64,000 bases of DNA. Origin: Squalus acanthias (taxonomy: Eukaryota). Under the pieces are notes generated by a model. That model did no database searches, was not told where the DNA came from, and was given only the letters and a program-made list of their open reading frames with translations. Shown in pieces: positions 37,033 to 49,419 of this stretch (position 1 is its first letter; the number at the start of each line of letters is the position of its first letter). The stretch lies in the NCBI GenBank assembly GCA_030390025.1, contig CM059432.1, positions 14,014,001 through 14,078,000 of the forward strand. The letters run 5' to 3'. The position numbers and the translations under genes are program-made.

Positions 37033-37983
37033 CTCCAAAACGCAACCAAGGGCACCGTTTTCCCTCCCCACCCCTTTCCCTGGATAGGTGCCGTGCGCCC
37101 TGAATTTGGTGGTTGAGGCCAGCTGAATGACCTGCTCGCGCCCTGGTGCAGACTCCCCTCCAACAGGGCCGTCCTATGCACGTAGAAACGGGGGTGAGAA
37201 TACTGGCCACCGGCTTTTGGGGCCTTCTGCTGCTGTCAGGTGACTACAGCCCAGACGTCTTCCTGGCCCAAAGATCCATGGTGAGGCTGGAAGAAGAAAA
37301 GGAGTCACGTTTTTATTTTCTGCCCTGCTGCCTGCTCCTTTGGACCCCACCCCTAAGATTGGAAGTAATGAAAAGCTTGAAGCTTTGATTTGTGCACTAC
37401 AGTGTATCTGACAGCAGATGGCGACGTCTCACTTTATAAATCAAACTGAATAGCTCAGTGCAAAAAATATTACTATATTTGTACAATGTGCTTGTTTACA
37501 CCTTGCTTCCTCATGCAACAACTCCTTAATAGGTTGGAGTGGTAAGCGGCAAAATGCTGATCTGTTCTTCAAATTACTTTACTCTTAAGTATAATCATGA
37601 CCCTTGGTTAATATTACCAGTCTGCCGAATAATCTGCACAAACCTTCAGTTCTTCAATTCTATTTACATAGTGTGACCTTATAGAATCACAGAATCTTAC
37701 AGCACAGAAGGAGGCCCTTTGGTCCATTGTGCGTCTTTGAAAGAGCTGTCTAATTTAGTCCCATGTCCCAGCATTTTCCCCATTACTCTGCAAATTAGTC
37801 CTCTTCAAGCACATATCTAATTGCCTTTTGAAAGTTCCTATGGAATCTGCTTCCACCATCTTTTCAGGTAGTGCGTTCCCGATCCTAACAACCCTCTGTG
37901 TGAAAAAATTCTCCTCCTCATTTACCCTCCAGTTCTTTTGCCAATTATTTTATATAAATGACCCCCGGTTACTAACCCACTTG

Positions 37984-38189
37984 AGAGGTCGCACAACACC
38001 AGGTTATAGTCCAACAGTTTTATTTTAAATCACAAGCTTTCGGAGTTACAACTCCTTCGTCGGGTGAAGAAGGAGTTGTAACTCCGAAAGCTTGTGATTT
38101 AAAATAAAACTGTTGGACTATAACCTGGTGTTGTGCGACCTCTCAATTTTGTCCACCCCAGTCCAACACCGGCATCTCCGCATCATGAC
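37984..38189 (+). mobile_element. Penelope-like (P1) insertion: inverted pLTR pair plus tail
   Basis: Arms about 37981-38058 and 38069-38146; 14-bp TSD TACTAACCCACTTG at 37970-37983 and 38190-38203. Confidence 0.8.
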
Positions 38190-38645
38190 TACTAACCCAC
38201 TTGCCAGAGGAAACTGTTTCTCCCTACTTTTTCTGTCAAAACCCCTCATAATTTTAAATACCTCTATTCGATCTACCCTTAACCTTCCCTGCTCTAAGGA
38301 GAACAATCCCAGCTTCTTCAATCTCTCCATATAACTAAAGTCCCTCATCTCTGGTATCATCCTGCTAAACCTTCTCTGTACCCTCTCCAAGGCCTTGACA
38401 TCCTTCCTAAAGTGTGGTGCCCAGAATTGTACACAATACTCCAGCTGATGCCTAACCAGTGATTTGTAAATGTTTAGCATGACCTCCTTGTTTTTGTATT
38501 CAATGCCCCTGTTTACAAAGCCAAGTATCCCGTACACTTTCTTAACCACCTTATCAACTTGTCCCGCCACCTTCAAAGATTTGTGAATACGCACTCCCAA
38601 GTCCCTCTGCTCTTTCACCCCCCTCAAAATAGTAGAATTTAGATT

Positions 38646-38778
38646 CTTCTGACGAAGGGTCATCGACCTGAAACGTTCACTCTGTTTCTCTCTCCACAGA
38701 TGCTGCCTGACCTGCTGAGTATTTCCAGCATTTTCTGTTTTTACTTCAGACTTCCAGCATCCGCAGTATTTTGCTTTT
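38646..38778 (+). mobile_element. P2 hammerhead-type insert
   Basis: CTGACGAAGGGTCATCGACCTGAAACGTT core; 14-bp TSD GTA(G/T)AATTTAGATT at 38632-38645 and 38779-38792. Confidence 0.8.
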
Positions 38779-39472
38779 GTATAATTTAGATTATACTGCC
38801 CCTCCATGTTGTTCCTCCCAAAGTGCATCAATTCACATTTATCGGCATTAAATTGCATCTGCCGTGTGCCTGCCCATTTCACTAGTCTGTCCATGTCCTC
38901 CTGAAGTCTGCTACTGGCCTGCTCACTATTTACTGCGTTCCCTGGTTTTATATTATCCACAAACTTTGTAATTGCACTCTCTATACCCAAGTCCAGGTCA
39001 TTTATGTGGAACAAGAAAAGCAATGCTCCATCTAATTCCTGCTCTTTCTACACTATTCTTTATTCCGTTGCTGTTTGTTAGTTTTCTATGCACTTTATCT
39101 CTCCTCGCTGCTGCTATGACCTGGTTTCCCCTCCCTCTGCCAAATTAGTTTAAACCATCCCCTTCAGTGCTAGATTTTTCTGAAAGGACTAAAGTTCAGT
39201 ATAGAACAGAGCAATCGATGTAACGTTGTGTACTTGTTCAATGAATAAAATGTTACTTAGATTGATTGAATCACAAACCACAAGCAGATAAATTCAACAG
39301 TACAAGCATGTGCTGAAGAGCAGACCAAACTGTACGACATCTACCGCGAGTGATACAAATATAAAAAATTCCATCTATTTCCCTGAATTTCCAAATAATC
39401 TGCCAACCTGAAGCAAAAATAAACAGTAAAAGACAAAATGGTAACAGACATATTAAGGAGTCCGATACGATA

Positions 39473-39524
39473 GCAAAATACTGCAGATGCTGGAAATCCG
39501 AAATAACAACAGAAAACGCTGGAG
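39473..39524 (-). mobile_element. P2 3'-end fragment
   Basis: Reverse complement of the CCAGC.TTTTCTG...TTTCCAGCATC.GCAGTATTTTGCT tail. Confidence 0.55.
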
Positions 39525-40010
39525 TCCTTTGGGCCCAGTGCTCCAGCTTTATTGAGTTACCAGCGCATCAGTTTTGTTACTTAATGTATTCTAATTATTT
39601 GTTTTATTTTATTTTGACTACCCCACACTGTCTTTCAGAAATTAGGATGGTGGTCCCTGGGAGTGGTGTAGGAGATCTGGGGTCTCCTTTGATGTCGTGG
39701 TGGCTTTAAGATGACATTTCTAGTGATCGAAGCTTCCAAATCAGCCCTCTGTGGCAGACTCTGTAATCTGATACCGGAACCAGGCAGACCCGCAGTACCC
39801 TGTTAATGATGGACTAGTCAGCCTGGTTCACCAATGGAACCGGGAGGGATGAACCTCTCAATGGGGCTTTGATTATTCTAACTTGGCTAAGGATAGCCTG
39901 CGAGTCAATACTCCAGTGGGTAGTGGTTCTAACTGAACAAGTAGTGGGAAGCCACTTTGGTAAACTGTCTATTTTAGCAGGTTAAACTTCAGCAGGACCC
40001 TGTGGGGGGT

Positions 40011-40485
40011 CATAAGAACATAAGAAATAGGAGCAGGAGTCGGCCATTCGGCCCCTCGAGCCTGCTCCGCCATTCAATAAGATCATGGCTGATCTTCTAC
40101 CTCATCTCCACTTTCCTGCACTATCCCCATATCCCTTGATTCCCTTAATAGCCAAAAATCTATCGATCTCTGTCTTGAATATACTCAATACCTCTGGGGT
40201 AGAGAATTCCAAAGATTCACCACCCTCTGAGTGAAGAAATTTCTCCTCATCTCAGTCCTAAATGGCTGACCCCTTATTCTGAGTCTGCGGCCCCTGGTTC
40301 TAGACTCCCCAGCCAGGGAAACATCCTGCCTGCATCTACCCTGTCAAGCCCTGTAAGAATTTTGTATGTTTCAATGAGATCACCTCTCACTCTTCTAAAC
40401 TCCAGAGAATATAGGCCTAGTCTACTCAATCTGTCCTCATAGGACAAACCCCCCATCCCAGGAATCAGTCTGGCGAACCTTCGTC
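40011..40485 (-). mobile_element. CR1 3' fragment with (TAAGAACA)n tail
   Basis: [31 protein letters not shown]. Confidence 0.9.
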
Positions 40486-41967
40486 CTCAACCTTAGTTCT
40501 TCCAACCTGCACCTAAAACTCTCTAGGTAAGTGGAATGTGTCATCAAATTACTCGGCGGAAAAGTTAGTAAACTGGACAACTGCAAATATAAGATGCATA
40601 GAGTACAAAGAGACATATTCCTATAAGGTGAAAAAAGGATGCTTCAAGATTCCATGCATAAGTAGAGCAATTGAAAAGGAATACATATGATTAAACTAGG
40701 TCTAACAATAGTAAAGAAAATCATGAGGAATATGGAGAGCCTGTAATTCTTCAGGATAGGTTCCCATCAGTTACACCACGATTGTGCCCAGCAGAGTTTG
40801 CAGGGTCGTAGGAACATAGGAACATAGGAACAGGAATAAGCCATTAAGCCCCTCAAGCCTGTTCCGCCATTCAATGAGATCATGGCTGATCTGCGACCTA
40901 ACTCCATATACCCGCCTTTGCCCAGATCCCTTAATACCTTTGGTTAACAAAAACTCTTATCAATCTCAGATTTAAAATTAACAATTGATCTAGCATCAAT
41001 TGCCGTTTGCGGAAGAGAGTCCCAAACTTCTACCACCCTTTGTGTGTGGAAGTGTTTCCTAATTTCACTCCTGAAAGGTCTGGCTCTAATTTTTAGACTG
41101 TGCCCCCTAGTCCGAGAATCCCCAACCAGCGGAAATAGTTTCTCTCTATCTACCCTATCAGTTCACCTTAATATCTTGAAAACTTCGATCAAATCACCCC
41201 TTAATCTTCTAAATTCTAGGGAATACAACCCTAATTTGTGTAATCTCTCCTCGTAATTTAACCCTTGGAGTTCAGGTATCAGTCTGGTAAACCTACGCTG
41301 CACTCCCTCCAAGGCCAATATATCCTTCCTAAGGTGTGGTGCCCAGAATTGCTCACAGTACTGCAGGTGTGGTCTAACCAGGGCATTGTATAGCTGTAGC
41401 ATAACTTCTACTCCCTTGTATTCTATATAAAGGCCAACATTCCATTAGCCTTTTTGATTATTTTCTGTACCTGTTCCTGACATTTAAATGATCTATGTAC
41501 TTGGACCCAAGTCTCTTTGGACCTCCACTGTTTTTAGCTTTTCACCATTTAGAAAGTAACCTGTTCAATCCTTTTTAGGTTCAAAGAGGATGACCTCTCA
41601 TTTGCTACATTGAAATCCATTTGCCACAGTTTTGCCCATTCACTTAATCTATCAATATCTCTTTGTAATTTTATGCTTTCATCTACACTGCCTACAATGC
41701 CGCCTATCTTTGTGTTATCGGCAAATTTGGATATGTGGCTTTCTATCCCATCATCTAAGTTGTTAACGAATACAGTGAATAGTTGAGGTCCCAACACAGA
41801 TCCCTACGGGACACCACTAGTCACCTCCTGCCAATTAGAGTACCTGCCCATTATCCCTACTCTCAGTCTCCTTCCACTCAGCCAATTTCCTAACCAACTC
41901 AATAATTTGCCTTCAATTCCATGGGCTTCAACCTTAGCTAACAGTCTCTTATGAGGGACTTTATCAA

Positions 41968-42004
41968 AGTTCTGACGAAGGGTCATCGACCTGAAACGTT
42001 AACT
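41968..42004 (+). ncRNA. Minimal type I hammerhead ribozyme motif, intact core (P2)
   Basis: AGUU-CUGACGA-A-GGGUC(AUC)GACCU-GAAA-CG-UU-AACU. Confidence 0.7.
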
Positions 42005-42103
42005 CTGTTTCTCTCTCTCCACAGATGCTGCCTGACCTGCTGAGTATTTCCAGCATTTTCTGTTTTTATTTCAGATTTCCAGCAGCCGCAGTGTTTTGCT
42101 TTT
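41969..42103 (+). mobile_element. P2 hammerhead-type insert
   Basis: Perfect 12-bp TSD GACTTTATCAAA at 41957-41968 and 42104-42115, within the CR1 AFDKVPH codons. Confidence 0.85.
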
Positions 42104-42937
42104 GACTTTATCAAACGTCTTCTAGAAGTCCATATAAATAACATCCATAGACATTCCCCTGTCCACTACTTTAGTCACCTCTTCAAATACCTCAATCAGG
42201 TTTGTCACGCATGACCTACCTTTCACAAATCCATGCTGGCTCTCTCTGATCAGCTGAAAATTTTCAAGGTGTTCAGTCACCCTATCCTTAATTATAGACT
42301 CTAGTAATTTCCCGACAATAGATGTTAGGCTAACTGGTCTATAATTCCCTGGTTTCCCTCTCTCATAATAGCGGAGTGACATGCGCAATTTTCCAATCCA
42401 AAGGAACGGTTCATGAATCAAGAGAACTTTGGAAGATTATAGTTAGGGCATCTGCAACATGCTCACCTACTTCCTTTAAAACCCTGGGATGGAAACCATC
42501 TGGCCCTGGGGATTTGTCACTCTTTAGTGCCATTATTTTCTTCATTACTGTTATTTTGATTATGTTAACTTTGTTGAGTCCTCGTCGTTGATTCAATATT
42601 AGTTTCCTTGGGTTTTCCGGCATGCTATCCTCTTCTCCTACTGTAAATACTGATGCAAAGGCCGGAATTTTCCCGACCTGGGCGGGTCCGGTGCGGGCGG
42701 CTGGCATGGCGGGTCGTGACCCCGTTGCTGGCTCCATCCCGCTCCACAGAACGACTTTACGTTAATGGGGCCTATTAAGCCCGTCCTGCACATTACCCAG
42801 CCCAATTAAAAGGTGCAGGTCTGGTGACATCATCGATGACGCATTTTCAGCCGGGCTATTTAAAGGAGCCATGGCCACATTGCATTTGCAGTTTCATCTA
42901 GGATAGTGCTATTCCACTGCTGCACACACCACCAGAG

Positions 42938-44850
42938 ATGACTGCACAGATGCAGAGGGCTGCACCCAGGTTCTCCGATGACTCCCTCCATATGCTTGTG
43001 GAGGGAGTCAGAGCACGCAGGGAGGTCCTCTTCCCTGCTGATGGGAGGAAGAGACCTCCCCAGGAGAGCACAGGAGCCTGGCTCCAAATAACAGAGGAGG
43101 TGAATAGCAGGGATGTCGTCAGGAGGACCTGGGTGCAGTGCCGCAAATGCTTCAACGATCTTGTTAGATCAGGAAAGGTGAGTCCAAAGCCACACTCAAC
43201 TTCCTCCTGCTGTGCCTCTCATCGTATTCCTATCACTCTGCCTTCCCAACCCTTCTCCTGCACATCCTTACACAAACATACCTTGCACCTTCACCCTTCC
43301 CTCTCTCTCTACATTATCACATCCCCATCTTACTAGCCACCCCTCACACTCACCCTCATCCTAGTGCAATCATGCCAACTAACAACATACAAGGAGGCCA
43401 CTTGGATTGCCACCCCAATCCATCATAGTCACCCTCTACAGATGTAACCCATCCTTTCCTTACACTCATTCCCTCACTCTCACTCAACCTTCTCTTCTTT
43501 CCCACCTTGCAGGAAAAGAGAGCCCACAATAGAGGGAGAGGGAGAGAACTGGCGGTGGAACGGCATCAATGGCCACCCTGACCAGCGCAGATCCTCACAC
43601 CGCGGTGGGTCCCTCGCGAGCTAGTGTCGTGTTGTCACCTGGTGTGTCACATATCGCAACTGAGCAACAGCAGATGGTGGAGACAGGCACAGCAGTGGAG
43701 AGTCCTCGTCGGAGGGCACAGGACTCTCCCAGCTCTGCTCAGCTGCATGCAGATGCTGAGCCTCGGGGGCCATCCAGAAAGAGGGCAATTCTGGAGCTTT
43801 TTTTTTATTCGTTCGTGGGATGTGGGATGTGGGTGTCGCTGGCAAGGCCAGCATTTATTGCCCATCCCTCATTGCCCTTGAGAAGGTGGTGGTGAGCCTC
43901 TGCAATCCGTGTGGTGAAGGTACTCCCACAGTGCTGCTTAATTGGGTACAACTGAGTGACTTGCTAGGCCATTTCAGAGGGCAGTTAAGAGTCAACCACA
44001 TTGCTGTGGGTCTGGAGTCACATATAGGCCACACCAGGTAAGGACATTAGTGATACCAGATGGGTTTTTACAACAATCTGGTAGTTTCATGGTCACCATT
44101 ACTGATACTAGCTTTTTTTATTCCAGATTTATTTAATTAACTGAATTTAAATTCCCCAGCTGCTGTGGTGAGATTTAACCTCACGTCTCTGGATCATTAG
44201 TCCAGGCCTCTGCATTACTAGCCCAGTGACATTACCACAATGCTACCGTACCATGCAGGAACAAGTGCAGGAGGCTATGACAGGTTTTGTGAGCATGAAT
44301 ACTGCCAGTGTTCAGAGAATGGAAGAGTCCATCTCCAACATGAGCACCACCATGTCGCAGGTGATGGCGACTGTAGGCTCTTCCATGGATAGGATGGCCA
44401 CCTGCATGGAGCAGCTAATGCGCCACTCAGAGGAGCACATGTTATCTATACAGAATAGATGGCTATCTATGGACAATAGATTGGTATCTATGGAGGATAG
44501 ATGGCAGAGGCTCATAGACGTCCTCTCTAGGAGGGATGTCAGTGTAGATGTGGGTCCTCATGGCCCCACTGATGTGCAGCAAGGTGCTCTCCAGCAGGGA
44601 AGTGCGGGTGGCCCATGAGGGGGATGATGGTGAGAGGGGACATGGAACTGGGGGCTCTTCTTAAAGCGCTCACACTTCTCCCCTGTTGCCACCCCCTCAG
44701 TCAGAGCCCCAGATACCTCCCTGGATAGCGATGGCCGAGTCTGCCCCTGCACAGTCGCAGGAGGAGCAGACTTTGGTGGGGGCCATCACAGGCTCCAAAA
44801 CCCAGAGGACGACTGCCAAAAGTGTCTAAGCAGTCGCAGCAGGGAAGTTA
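42938..44850 (+). pseudogene. Harbinger Myb/SANT-like DNA-binding protein gene (spliced, disrupted)
   Basis: Exon 1 at 42938-43177 (RAAPRFSDDSLHMLVEGV...AWLQITEEVN...RTWVQCRKCFNDL) ending AAG|GTGAGT; acceptor TTGCAG| at 43512 then EKRAHN..RERERTGGG with a frameshift; SINE inserted at 43797; coiled-coil-like C-terminal part; 3' end approximate. Confidence 0.8.
43797..44252 (-). mobile_element. SINE family S1 nested in the Harbinger Myb gene
   Basis: Reverse complement of 373-860. Confidence 0.85.
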
Positions 44851-45183
44851 GCAGGCTGCCTCTACCTCTACCTCTGCTGAAGCCACAAGTAGATGCACAA
44901 GGGTAACCACTTTGGTGTTTTCATAACTGTTTGTGTTAAGTTTCTGTTATTGTGATGTCACAGATAAAAATATTTATTTTCACCACTTTCCGGTCATGGC
45001 TAAATTTGTGTGGAACTTTGGAATTGGTTTAGTGAGTTGGAGTGAAGGGTCAGACATAACTTTACCTCCAGCAATGGTGGTGACTGTGAAAGGAATGGAT
45101 TGGTCATTGAAGGGATGCTTAATGGTGTGTCTGTTGCCAACCTGGCGAAGCATGTGGCAGCCATATGGGTGTACGATGTAAAG

Positions 45184-45829
45184 TTAAGTAAATCTGGCCA
45201 TGATGAGGCCATCCCTGGCCTCCCTGATGGCCACATGTGTGCAGTTGATGATGCCCTGCACCCGTGGGAAGCCAGCCAGAGTGGCAAAGCCAAGCGCCCG
45301 CTCATTAACACTGACTTCATCAGTGGCAAAGTTGATATAATTGGCTGACTTGTCAAAGAGGGCATCGGTGACCTGTGTGATGCATCTGTGGGTGGCTGAC
45401 TGCGAGATGCCTCAAATGTTTGCTGCAGATCCCTGGAAGGAGCCTGAGGCGAAGAAGTTGAGGGCGCTGGTGACTTTGACAGCCACTGGTAAGGTGTGTC
45501 CACCTGCTCCTCTGGGCTGCAGGACTTGCTCCAGCAATCTGCAAATGTCTGCGATGACCTGGCGCAATAACCTGAGCCTCCTTTGGCAATGCTGCTCAGT
45601 CATGTTGAGGAAGCTCATCCTCTGCCTATATACCCTGTGTTGGGGGTACCGCCTCCGGCGCGGTGCAGCCCTGCGCTGATGCCCTCTGTCATGTGGAGAA
45701 TCAAGGCATAGAGGAGAAGGTTGGGGGTGTTGTTATTGCTGCTGCTGGTGTGCCTGGTGCTGCTGGTATTGAAGCTCATCGTGGTCAGATTCTGAGGACC
45801 AAGGTGAGACAGTAGAAACGGCACCCATG
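45184..45829 (-). pseudogene. HARBI1-like transposase with stop codons and deleted DDE core
   Basis: MGAV...[18 protein letters not shown]...[11 protein letters not shown]...[16 protein letters not shown], then a jump to the C-terminal [12 protein letters not shown]. Confidence 0.88.
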
Positions 45830-46884
45830 CTGATGGAAGAGATAGCAGGTGAAGTAGAGTTGACAGAAGCAATCTGTCAATGGTGAGAGAGGTTCTTCCA
45901 ATGAGGTGACACTGGATGGAGACTTTGCTGGAAACACTTGCAGCCTGCAGAAAGCTCAATCTGTGCTGAGAATGCAGTCAGCAACAACTTCTGCCTGAGG
46001 AAAGTGATCAGTTGTCATGTGGGAGCTTTTAAACTACATTTGATGCTGTCAACTAATCAGCTGGAGCAATAGCCACTCAACTCCCACCTCAGGTTGACAG
46101 ATGTGGTTCCCGAGTTGTGTAAATCCCATGGCCATGCAGGGAAATTTGAAATGTAGGGGGAAAAAGGCTCTTAAGTGTCTGTAAACAAGTTGATAATGAT
46201 TTCAATTAGGTCGCCCACCTCTGCCAGACCGGCAAACACGCGCGAGGGAAAGGCGCGTGGGGGGGCGGGCTGACGGCGGGTTATTGACCTGCTCCCACTT
46301 AAATTCCAATTTCCCACCCGACCCACCTCCATTCCCGCCACACAGACCCCAGAAAATTCCGGCCAAAGTAATTATTCAACATGTCCTTTTTATCATTGAC
46401 AATATCACAGTTTACAGGGGCCGACATTGCTCCTGTCCACCCTCTTTTTCCTAATATAATTTTTTTTTCAATTGCGTTGATTTTGATATCCCTTTGCAAG
46501 TTTCTTTTCATACTCCCTTTTTTGTAGCTCTTACTATCTGTTTTGTCACCCTTTGCTGTTCTTTGTATCTTTCCCATTCGCCAGGATCTGTGTTATTTTT
46601 TTGCATTTGTGTATGCGGTTTGAGGTAGGTGGGGGAGGAGGGCACCTGATTTGCGCTACAGGTGCATCCCTGCTTGCCTTGGTTCCTCCTCCTGATGTGA
46701 TGTGAACCAAGAAACAGGCCTCTCGGCATCCAGCAATGTCAGCGCGCACCCTCAAGCACTCCGTCCCTTCCAAGCACCAGTCCACAGACATCCATTCCCG
46801 GGGAATGCAGCGGGTGGCACGTGGGGCATGAATGAGCAGGAGCAGCTAGTGGTGGCACAACACGAGGAGGAGGCTGCTGGCCTG

Positions 46885-47507
46885 TAGACTTGCCAACCCT
46901 CCAGGATTGCCCTGGTGTCTCCAGGAATGAAAGACTAATCTCCTGGACACTGCTGTGAGCAAACTCCGGGAGAGAAATCATCAGGGCAATAAAAAACTGT
47001 GTTTCTATATAAAAAAATTCTTTGAACAATTTGGTTATTTGTAATAGAAATATCTGAGATGGGGGAGTAAAAATGCTGTTTGACTGACAAGAAAGACTTG
47101 CATTTATATAGCGCCTTTCACAACCACCGGACGTCCCAAAGTGCGCTTTACAGCCAATGAAGTACTTTTTGAAGTGCAGCCACTGCTGTAATGTAGGAAA
47201 TGCAGCAGCCAATTTGCACACAGCAAGCTCCCACAAACAGCAATGTGATAATGACCAGATAATCTGTTTTTAGTGATGTTGATTGAGGGATAAATATTGG
47301 CCAGGACACCGGGGAGAACGCCCCCTGCAAAAATCAATCAAAAATCATCTCGTCGGGTAATGAGTCTTTCCGATTGGCCGTGGGAAGGCAGTGAGCCGCG
47401 AGGTTGGGCGTGTTGGGCGACCAATGGTGGGAGTGTGAGGGCGGGGCGGTCAGAGGGTCATATGGTGACACCTCCAGGAATATGCCCAAACAGAGTTGGC
47501 AACCCGA
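46885..47507. mobile_element. hAT-like MITE (paralogue of 32024-32400) interrupted by a DeuSINE
   Basis: TTGCCAACCCTCCAGGATTGCCCTGG... start, GTTGGCAACCC end. Confidence 0.7.
47091..47326 (-). mobile_element. DeuSINE 3' half
   Basis: Reverse complement of 26380-26605. Confidence 0.85.
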
Positions 47508-48191
47508 CAGTGGCCAGTGGATTGGGAGGTGCTGCCTCTCCGCTGAAGAACATGAGGGGAAGGGGGAACTCGCAGCTCACAGGCCCTGCATTTAAACAAA
47601 TGAGCTGACAGAGCATCAGGCACTGATGGGGCCCATAACTGACAGTGAATTCCACCAGCACCATGCCTGGCACATTGGAAAGCCATTTAACAGCACTGTA
47701 ATCCACCATGCAGTATGTGGCAGCTCCAGAGACATCTACAGAGGAAGTCTTTGTGACAGAGGCCTTTCCATGGATTCTTAGACTGCTGCAGTAGAGCTCT
47801 CGGGTACCAGGGTGGAGAGGGCTGTGTGTCTGCTTTGGATTGCCTTGGCGGCTGTTTGAATCCCTGATTTTTCTAAACACCATATCTGGAGTGGCAGCAT
47901 TTAGGACAAAAAGGACAGATTCTGGGGAAAAAACCCCAGAATAGAACACATAGGCTTGGCCTCAAACAAAAGGCAGATAAAAATGGGTTGAGTGGTTCTT
48001 GTACACGAACCTTAGCGCCATGAGGAGCTAGATGGGTTTTATTGCCACTGCGCATTGCTATGTTATAGCCTAGAAATTAATGTCAATGATATTAATGGCC
48101 AAATGTTCAGTACATTTGTATGACATTTCTCTGTCTATCATTTTAATGGTGGCATTAGCCTGCTTGTCTTAGATGCTGGCTTGCTAATATT

Positions 48192-49000
48192 GGGCCTGAA
48201 TTTGCGGTTGGAGGCTTCCTGCGGGCGAATGCCTCCGAACCGCAAGAAAAGTACGAACCCACCTGATGGGCCCGGAGGTTTGCTAGACTCGCGCTCCTAG
48301 GCCTCTACACGTAGACCTGCGTAAAGGCCCACGTATCCCGGGGGTGCGCACACGGTTCGCAAGCGTCCCTGGGATCACGTGGGCGGGCCCAACCAATGAA
48401 AAGGGGATCCCCATTATGCTTATGGGGATTTCATTTACATACGGAATCCCCATAAGCAGGAATAGGAATCTCCTAAAAAACACAATTACACACCAGTTAA
48501 ATGAAAATAAATCATTACATGTTCAAAATTTTTTTTTTCATTTATGTGATGTGGGCATCGCTGGCAAGGCCAGCATTTATTGCCCATCCCTAATTGCCCC
48601 TGAGAAGGTGGTGGTGGGCCGCCTTCTTGAACCGCTGCAGTCCGTGTGTGTACTTAATTAAAATACAATTAAATTAAACATTTAAAACAAAACTTTAATT
48701 TTTTGCAAATAGATTAAAATGTTTTAAAGGGGCTAAAAATAACCTATAACTAATTTTAAATTATGTTTAAATAACTAAAAAAAATAATTTAACATTTATT
48801 TAAACTCTTACACTAGTAAAAGAAGGCCCTACGCCTGCTTTTACCAGGCATAGGAGTTTCACGGGCATTTGCTGGGCAGGAGTAGCCCAACCCTGCACCA
48901 GCGAATGTCCATTCCCAGGGATGCAGTGGATCTGTCAAGCTGAAACTTGCGGGGCACTTAGGGCTGCGAATGTGGTCATAGGCCCCAGAAAATCCGGGCC
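48192..49000. mobile_element. Harbinger-type MITE related to 21934-22694, with nested LINE B/S1 tail (about 48528-48648)
   Basis: Termini GGGCCTGAATTT...AAATCCGGGCC; shared GCGTCCCTGGGATCACGTGGGC block and AT-rich centre. Confidence 0.7.
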
Positions 49001-49089
49001 ATAATTTCAAATTCAACCGTTCTCTACAACCAAAATACCAGAAGGTGATTCAAAATGTAATAATGCTGATCATCTATTCCATTGTATAT

Positions 49090-49419
49090 ATTTTTTTTAA
49101 TTCGCTTATGGGATGTGGCGTCGCTGGCAAGGCCAGCATTTATTGCCCATCCCTAGTTGCCCTTGAGAAGGTGGTGGTGAGCCGCCTTCTTGAACCGCTG
49201 CAGTGCGTGTGGTGAAGGTACTCCCACAGCGCTGTTAGGTAGGGAGTTCCAGGATTTTGACCCAGCGACGATGAAGGAACGGTCGATATACTTCCAAGTC
49301 AGGATGGTGTGTGACTTGGAGGGGAAAACTTGGAGGTGGTGGTGTTCCCATGCGCCTGCTGCCCTTGTCCTTCTAGGTGGAAGAGGTCACGGGTTTGGGA
49401 GGTGCTGCCGAAGAAGCCT
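49090..49419 (-). mobile_element. LINE family B 3' fragment
   Basis: Near-identical to 17452-17777. Confidence 0.9.

Larger units (their letters stand above)
37681..39025 (-). mobile_element. CR1 3' part carrying two nested hammerhead-type inserts
   Basis: INDLDLGI, QFNADKCELMHFGR, QLEYCVQFWAPH; TAGAATCACAGAATC tail. Confidence 0.92.
42660..46364. mobile_element. PIF/Harbinger DNA transposon H1 (two convergent genes, defective)
   Basis: Perfect TIR GGCCGGAATTTTC/GAAAATTCCGGCC, TSD AAA at 42657-42659 and 46365-46367; Myb/SANT gene on +, nuclease on -. Confidence 0.95.
40808..46610 (-). mobile_element. CR1 LINE with (TAGGAACA)n tail, split by a P2 insert and a 3.7-kb Harbinger
   Basis: RT motifs at 41160-42650; continuity LNNYFASVFT restored across 42659/46365. 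Confidence 0.92.

Noticed and set aside
38118..39023. 301-aa ORF as a functional gene
   Set aside because: Chimeric read-through of truncated CR1 RT and two nested inserts; the catalytic ADD reads VDN.
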